NCBI GenBank assembly: GCA_004431415.1
Contig: QPMI01000658.1
Coordinates: 142,314-206,313, forward strand
Length of the DNA: 64,000 nucleotides
Direction of reading: 5' to 3'
Source of the DNA: Cyanophora paradoxa CCMP329
Taxonomy: Eukaryota > Plantae > Glaucophyta
In this document: piece by piece, positions 58,701-64,000 of the stretch
How the letters are laid out: every line of letters begins with the position of its first letter
Numbering within the stretch: the stretch's first letter is position 1
Position numbers and translations under genes: made by a program
The notes under the pieces: generated by a model
The model's database searches: none
Seen by the model: only the letters and a program-made list of their open reading frames with translations
Told to the model about the DNA's origin: nothing

Positions 58701-61700
58701 GCTTTCGGCCTCCTTATCGACAGCCGCCGTCGCAGTCAGGCTGCGCCGGGCCGAGGGCGCGGCGCCTTGTTCTGGACCGCGTCCCACATCAGCGCCGGGC
58801 GCAGAGCCTCAACGTCCCAGTCGGGAGCACGGGTCGTCCGTCTCCCAGTCGATCGGGCGCGCGAGGCGGATCGCGACATTCAGATCGGCGTAGAGCGAAC
58901 GGAGCATCGTCTCGAACTGAGGCCGCAGGGGTATAGCCTCATCGGTAAAGATGAGCCCCAGCGGAAGTTCCCGGGACAGTTCTCCAGCTCCTCGGCGGCG
59001 CGGCGGCCTCAAGGTGGCGCTGTATCCCACTCTTGCCCCCGGCGCCAAGGTCATCGCGGCGGGCCACGCGTCCTCGGCGCCGGCCATCGGGGCGAGCGAG
59101 CTCAAGACGCTGGTACCGAGACCGTGCGGCATGTTTGTGAGGTACGCGCGATGCCGTCCGCCAGCGCGCGGGCATCCGAGTCGGCGCACTCATCCCTCGT
59201 CATAGTGCGCAAGAGGGCCCTGAAGACCTCGGCCACGTTCTGGGCATGGCGGCGTTCAGGGCGCACAGTTGTCCACCCGCTGCGCGAGCAGCGGGATGCG
59301 GGATACTGGAAGCCCTGCAGCATCGCGAGCAGGATCCGCCCACAGATCGCCGCACGACCCTCGTGGTCCGGCACGACCGCATTGTTCGGGCCAAACTTCC
59401 ACGCAAGCGTGGGATGACCGTCCGGTACGTCGGCCTCGCGTCCGCGTCGAAGACCTTCTTGCCCTGAGGCAAGACGTCGGACCCGCGGTCCGGCTTGGCC
59501 GTCGGCTTAGTCAGGAAGGCCTCGTGAATGAACACCATCAGACGTCCGGCACCACGCAGCGGAACGAGTTCAACACCTTGTGAAGTCATCCATGTGATCG
59601 GCGACCGCCCGAGCGATCTCGGGGACGTAGTCAGCCGGCGTTCCGACTCGACGTCCATGGCCGCAGCCGACAGAAAGTCATCAGCCCAGTGCTGGCTGCG
59701 GAGGTGCTTGCCCGGCGCGTGACGCTGGAAGAAGCGCGCGTGCCAGGCAGCGTAAAACCGATGGCCGTCGCGAGGATTTCCTCTCCGCCGGGATCGGCGC
59801 CCAAGGGCACGTCCCGGAGGTGAGTTCGGAAGCGGCAGCTCGTAACCGAACGCGGTGACGAGCGCGGGTTCGCGTGGCTCTTCTTGGGCTGGCTCGCAAG
59901 CTGGGCGACCGTCACTGCGAGCCACAGCTTCTTGTTCTCGCGCTGGTGCGGCGCGCCCCCTGCGACGTCCTTGTCGCAGGCAGCGTTCGGCGCGGGCGTG
60001 GCCGTGCCTGCCACGAGGCGGGGCGCGTAGATGCGCCGCGTCTGCAGGCGACCCTCAACGTTCTCGACGCGCTTGTCGGCGAGCGGCGCAGCAGGGCCAG
60101 CACGGCGACGTCGCGCGCGAAGCGGGTCGCGAACGGCGTCCTGGCGTCCTCCTCGTTCGGGTCGGCGTGTTACCGCCAAGACTGAGGTGTGCAGGGTGGG
60201 GCGCTCGGGGTGCGGCATGTACGGCGGCGGGGCGTTCCGCGCGCCGCCGCCTCGTGGAAGAAGGCGGTATACAGCACCCGCGAGACCTGGCCCAGGTCGA
60301 ACACACGGGTGCGTGGCTGTGCCTCGTGCGTGAATCCCAGGCGCCCGTGTACGTCGGGACGGCAGACTGTGCGGTACGGTCCCGACCGCGAGGTACTGCA
60401 CGATATCCAAGCTGACGCCGCAGCGCGTGCGGGAATGCAAGCCCCTGCAGGTCGAAGAGCTCGGATCCTCGTCGAACGGCCGCTGAGCGGGCCTACGAGC
60501 GAGAACCAGTTCACTATGCCGCGCGGCGCGGGCCGACGCGCTTGAGCATAGTTGAGCACAGCTCGCCCATGTGTGGTCCTGCAGCGTGAGCACGTCGACG
60601 TTGTACTGTCAACGTCGCCGCGTGCTGCCAGCGCAAGGGGTAGCTGATCGCGGCAGCGTTGCCCATTCAGTGAACCCTGCTCAAGCATTCCAGGGGCCGG
60701 AAAACGCGTGTTTCCGGTCCATGTACTCGCGCAAGAGCTTGTGATCGTTGGCGTACGTCGGGTCCGCCAACGAGAACAGCGGCCGCGGCTGCCATCCTTG
60801 TGCGCTCGAACGGCCTGTGCGCCGCCGCAGGATGGCAGCCGGCGCCTCTTCCTTCTCGCCTCTTCCTCTTCGCTCTCGACATGGTCAATGTCGAGCGGCT
60901 CGAGGCGGGGCTCAGCTCATCGCGATGTAGGTGCCCACAAGCGCATCGTCGAACGTGAACGACTGCCGTGCAGCGTGACGCTCGAGGCATGCAAGACCTC
61001 TCCTGGAAGGCGCGCGCTGGCGGTCAGGGCCAAGCCCTGTGCGGTCGCTCTCGGCGGCTTCCTCCTGCGCGCGCGTCCCTAGCTGCAGGTGCGGCGCAGC
61101 CAGCGAACCCCGTACGGGAACTCCAGGCCGGCGCGTTCCGCGGAGGAACGGTGGTCCAACCGCCTCGGCGCGGAACATGTGTGAGCACGCAAGAGTACTG
61201 GGCCCACTGCGGCGGATGACGGCCGCGCTCGGGTGAAGCGGCCCCCGTGCGTCCACCGGCAGGCGCGTGGCAGGATCGTCAACGCAGAGTCAGGAAGTGC
61301 TCCAACTGCTGCTCCGTCCACTCATGCAGGTGAACGGAGATCGTGGGATGGGGCGTGACGGGCCACGGAGCCCCAGCGCGATCATGAAGAGCTCGAACGC
61401 GGCCGCGTTGAGCGCGCGAGGCGAACGTGCGATCGCTCTGACGCGACGCGGCCCTCCGGCGGCTCCTCGTGCGGCACGGGCGGCCCATCCAGGCGGTTCT
61501 GGATTGGCGTGCTCCTCTCGCTGGCGAGAAACGCCTTGAGGTGCGGGACCCGCAGGTCCTCGAACGCCTTCAGTGCGTCGAAGGGGATGCCAGCGTGGGC
61601 GAGATCAGACCGGGCCGTCATGGGCCACTCGGTGATCTGTTTCCCCTCACAGAGCCGAGGCGGGCACCCGGCACTGCGAGGACGCCGCTCATCACGCCCA

Positions 61701-64000
61701 TAGCTCGTACAGGGCCCGCTGGTCAGGTTCTCATCGATAGCCGACGGCGGCGGCGGCGGCGGCGCTTCCTCGGGCGCCTCATCGCCGTCGCCCGCTCGCC
61801 CATCTCGGCGTCTTCCCCCCTCAGCCTGCCCACGGCGGGCGCTGCGGGTTCGTGGCCCCTGCGAGCCGCGCCCACGGGTGCTGACGCGCACGACCCCGTC
61901 CCGCGGCACGCTCGCGCGACGGGCGGCCTGCCGGGGAGCCGCGCGTCGCGCGCGCGAGTCGAGTAGCGCTCGCTCAGGCGAGGCTCGACAGGCGCGGGGC
62001 TCAGTGGCGGGCGGCGTCGGACGGCGGGGGCCGCGGCGCCATCGGGCTCGCAAGCGGCGGCCATGTTGCCGCGGCGTGCAAGGTCACGAGCTTCGCCGTC
62101 GTGCAGGCGGCGGGACAGAACGCGCCGGCGCGCCGGCGCTGGCGGTCCCTCGGCGAGAGCGCCTTCACAGGCGGGCGCGGCGGCAGGCAGGCCTTAGCCT
62201 CCTGATCGTCGCGCTGACGGCCTTGCCGTGTAGGCGCCGTCGTGTCCGACGCCGGCTTCGGCGTGGTGGGCAGGTCGTGGAGAGGAGTGGGGGTGCGGCT
62301 GCCGCATCCGTGCGCCACTTCTCCACGAGCGCGATCATTCCTTGACAGCCTCGTCATTGAAACGGCCCGCTTCTTCAGCAGCCTACGAATAGAATGACGA
62401 GGTGGGCGCCGGTCGCCCGCTTGCCCCTCGATGTACCGGAGCAGCTCCGCGGCCCCGGCGGATCCGGGAACCGTGCGGCCAGCTCATCGCACAGGGCGGT
62501 GAGCGGCGGGCGCGGGCCGAGCTGGCTCAGCACGTAGAGCTCTCAGCACGATCGTGGGCAGCTGCCCGCCTCGCGTCGTGCCGTGCAGGGGCAACTGCGT
62601 GTGCGCGTGATCGGGCGCACGCGGCCGACCCTCCACGTGCCAGGCTCTGCCCCGTGCAGGCGCGGCCAGTGCAGCCAGGTGTCGCACAAGTGCAGGTCCC
62701 GGAGGTGCAGAACGCGGGCGGCGGCGACGCGGGGCTCCACCGGAACGCGTTCAACCGTGCGGGACTCGCCCTCGCTCACGACCGGGAAGGCGGGGCACGG
62801 CCGTCGCGGTACGCAGTCAGACGCTCCGCGAGCGCTGCCCGCAGCCATCCTCGGCGTCCCGATCCGAGCGGAGACGTGCCCGCCCCGGGATCGGAACCTC
62901 AACGGAGGCAGCCAGGACGGCAAGCGAGTGAACGGCTTCCGTGAACTCCGAGTCCGAGGGGACAAGAGGGTTCCCGTCGGCCAGGGCAACGGCGCTCTTG
63001 TGGGCGTCGTGGGGACCGGCGCGGCCGCCGATGCAAGCCACGGTCTTCCACTGGATCGCGTGCTCGAGGGCCAGCAGGGCGAAGCCATAGGCGTCGACCC
63101 GCGCGTCCACCATGAGCGGCTCGGCGAACTTAAAGAAGCGGCCGAGGATCTTCTCGACGGCGCCGGCGGTGCCCGGGGCACCGTAGTCGACGCGGTGCAG
63201 GAAATAGCCCGCAACAGTCGAGGCGCACGCAAGGCGGAGGCGGTCCTGTGCCGGCAACAGCTCGCTCAGCTCGATTAGCTGGCGGCGGCCCGACACTGTC
63301 ATCTCGTGCGGCTCGAGAGAGGCCGCCACGGGCGAGTGCTGGCCAATGCTCCAGTGGCGGCGGTATGGCTCCAGCCAGCCGGCGGTAGCGACGCACTCGT
63401 CCCCAAGCTTCGTAAGCTTGTGGGCGTCGGGCTCGACTGCGGGGCGACCCTCGGGCGTGAGGCCCTCGGCGTGCGGCCACGCGTGGCCCCGGCCCACTTC
63501 GCGGCGACGCGAGAGGCCTGGTGCGTGAGGCTCATGATTTCATAATAGTGCGTCGGCCAGGCGTGAGCCAGCGTGTCCTGGGACAGCGGGTCATGCCCCA
63601 GCATCTGCAGGAACGCAGTGGGAGGGTCCGCGAGCCGAGGTACGTGCTCTCGGTGGCGAGCGGCTGAGAGAACGCCGCAAGCAAGAAGGAGAGCGTCTGG
63701 CGGGTGCGGGCCGGGCAGCGGAACGCAGTGGCATACCACTGCTCGTCCCGGACCTCGATCAGCCCCTCGCTCACAGTGCAGCCGCAGTGAGTCTCGCACG
63801 GCGCTGGTACAGGAACGCCGCGCGGTCGAGCGGGACCGACGCGGCGCCCTTCAGCTTGTGCGCGTCCACGTTCCAGAGAGGAACGGGCCCCAGCTCGTGC
63901 TCGCGGCCCTTCACCGGCTCTAACTCAACGGCTCCGAAGTGAGTGAGGTCTAGGCCGGGGCTAGCGCTGAGGAGCGAGCGCGGTTGAGGCGCAGGGTCTC
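55700..64000 (-). CDS. Gag-position and additional unidentified coding region(s) of the retrotransposon, frameshifted in this assembly
   Basis: Chain of overlapping minus-strand ORFs with protein-like composition (e.g. 62817-63497, 59200-59925, 58809-59189, 57013-57501, 56557-56814). No introns. No recognisable capsid or zinc-knuckle motif. Confidence 0.55.

Larger units (their letters stand above)
48932..64000 (-). mobile_element. Very large Ty3/Gypsy LTR retrotransposon (>15 kb; 5' LTR not in window)
   Basis: 3' LTR plus PPT at the left end. Domain order PR-RT-RH-INT on the minus strand. Intronless, same-strand coding-like sequence continues to the window end. Confidence 0.9.

Noticed and set aside
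1-64000. Hundreds of Arg/Ala/Pro-rich ORFs in the six-frame track (e.g. 1305-2312 -, 25317-26549 +, 47334-48977 -, 57395-58936 +)
   Set aside because: These are shadow frames of GC-rich coding DNA. The real genes are spliced or lie on the opposite strand.
49876-64000. Many frameshifts in the Gypsy ORFs as evidence of an old dead element or programmed frameshifting
   Set aside because: The insertion post-dates a near-identical duplication and catalytic motifs are intact. The indels are better explained as unpolished repeat sequence.

Overview
GC-rich, intron-dense eukaryotic DNA, probably from a protist or alga. It has short GT-AG and several GC-AG introns with CTGAC-like branch points; the species cannot be fixed from sequence alone. 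Most entries in the ORF track are noise, so genes were rebuilt by hand-splicing. Contents in order: (1) the 3' part of a REJ/GAIN(GPS) surface protein ending in a GPI-type signal (to 5753); (2) a palindrome-rich intergenic region with two MITEs; (3) a large type-I membrane protein gene with signal peptide, FN3, Pro/Thr linker, Kelch propeller, GGA/FxxN beta-helix and TM (9108-21469); (4) a young tandem amplification of a 13.2-kb unit (copy A 14821-28044, B 28045-43650, C from 43651), in which the only recognisably intact gene encodes a small Cys-rich protein with an acidic tail, flanked by halves of two other genes, one a coiled-coil protein ending in CaaX; (5) a very large Ty3/Gypsy element on the minus strand from 48932 to beyond the window end, with about 8 kb of unidentified coding sequence upstream of its protease. 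Comparing the near-identical copies exposes empty versus filled sites. These show a poly(A) retroelement with an 18-bp TSD, two 'empty' poly-T events with 4-bp and ~218-bp duplications, a (TA)n-filled duplication, a Helitron2-type element, a hairpin-type excision footprint and the LTR insertion. Scattered 1-bp indels in homopolymer runs look like long-read errors rather than real pseudogenisation.
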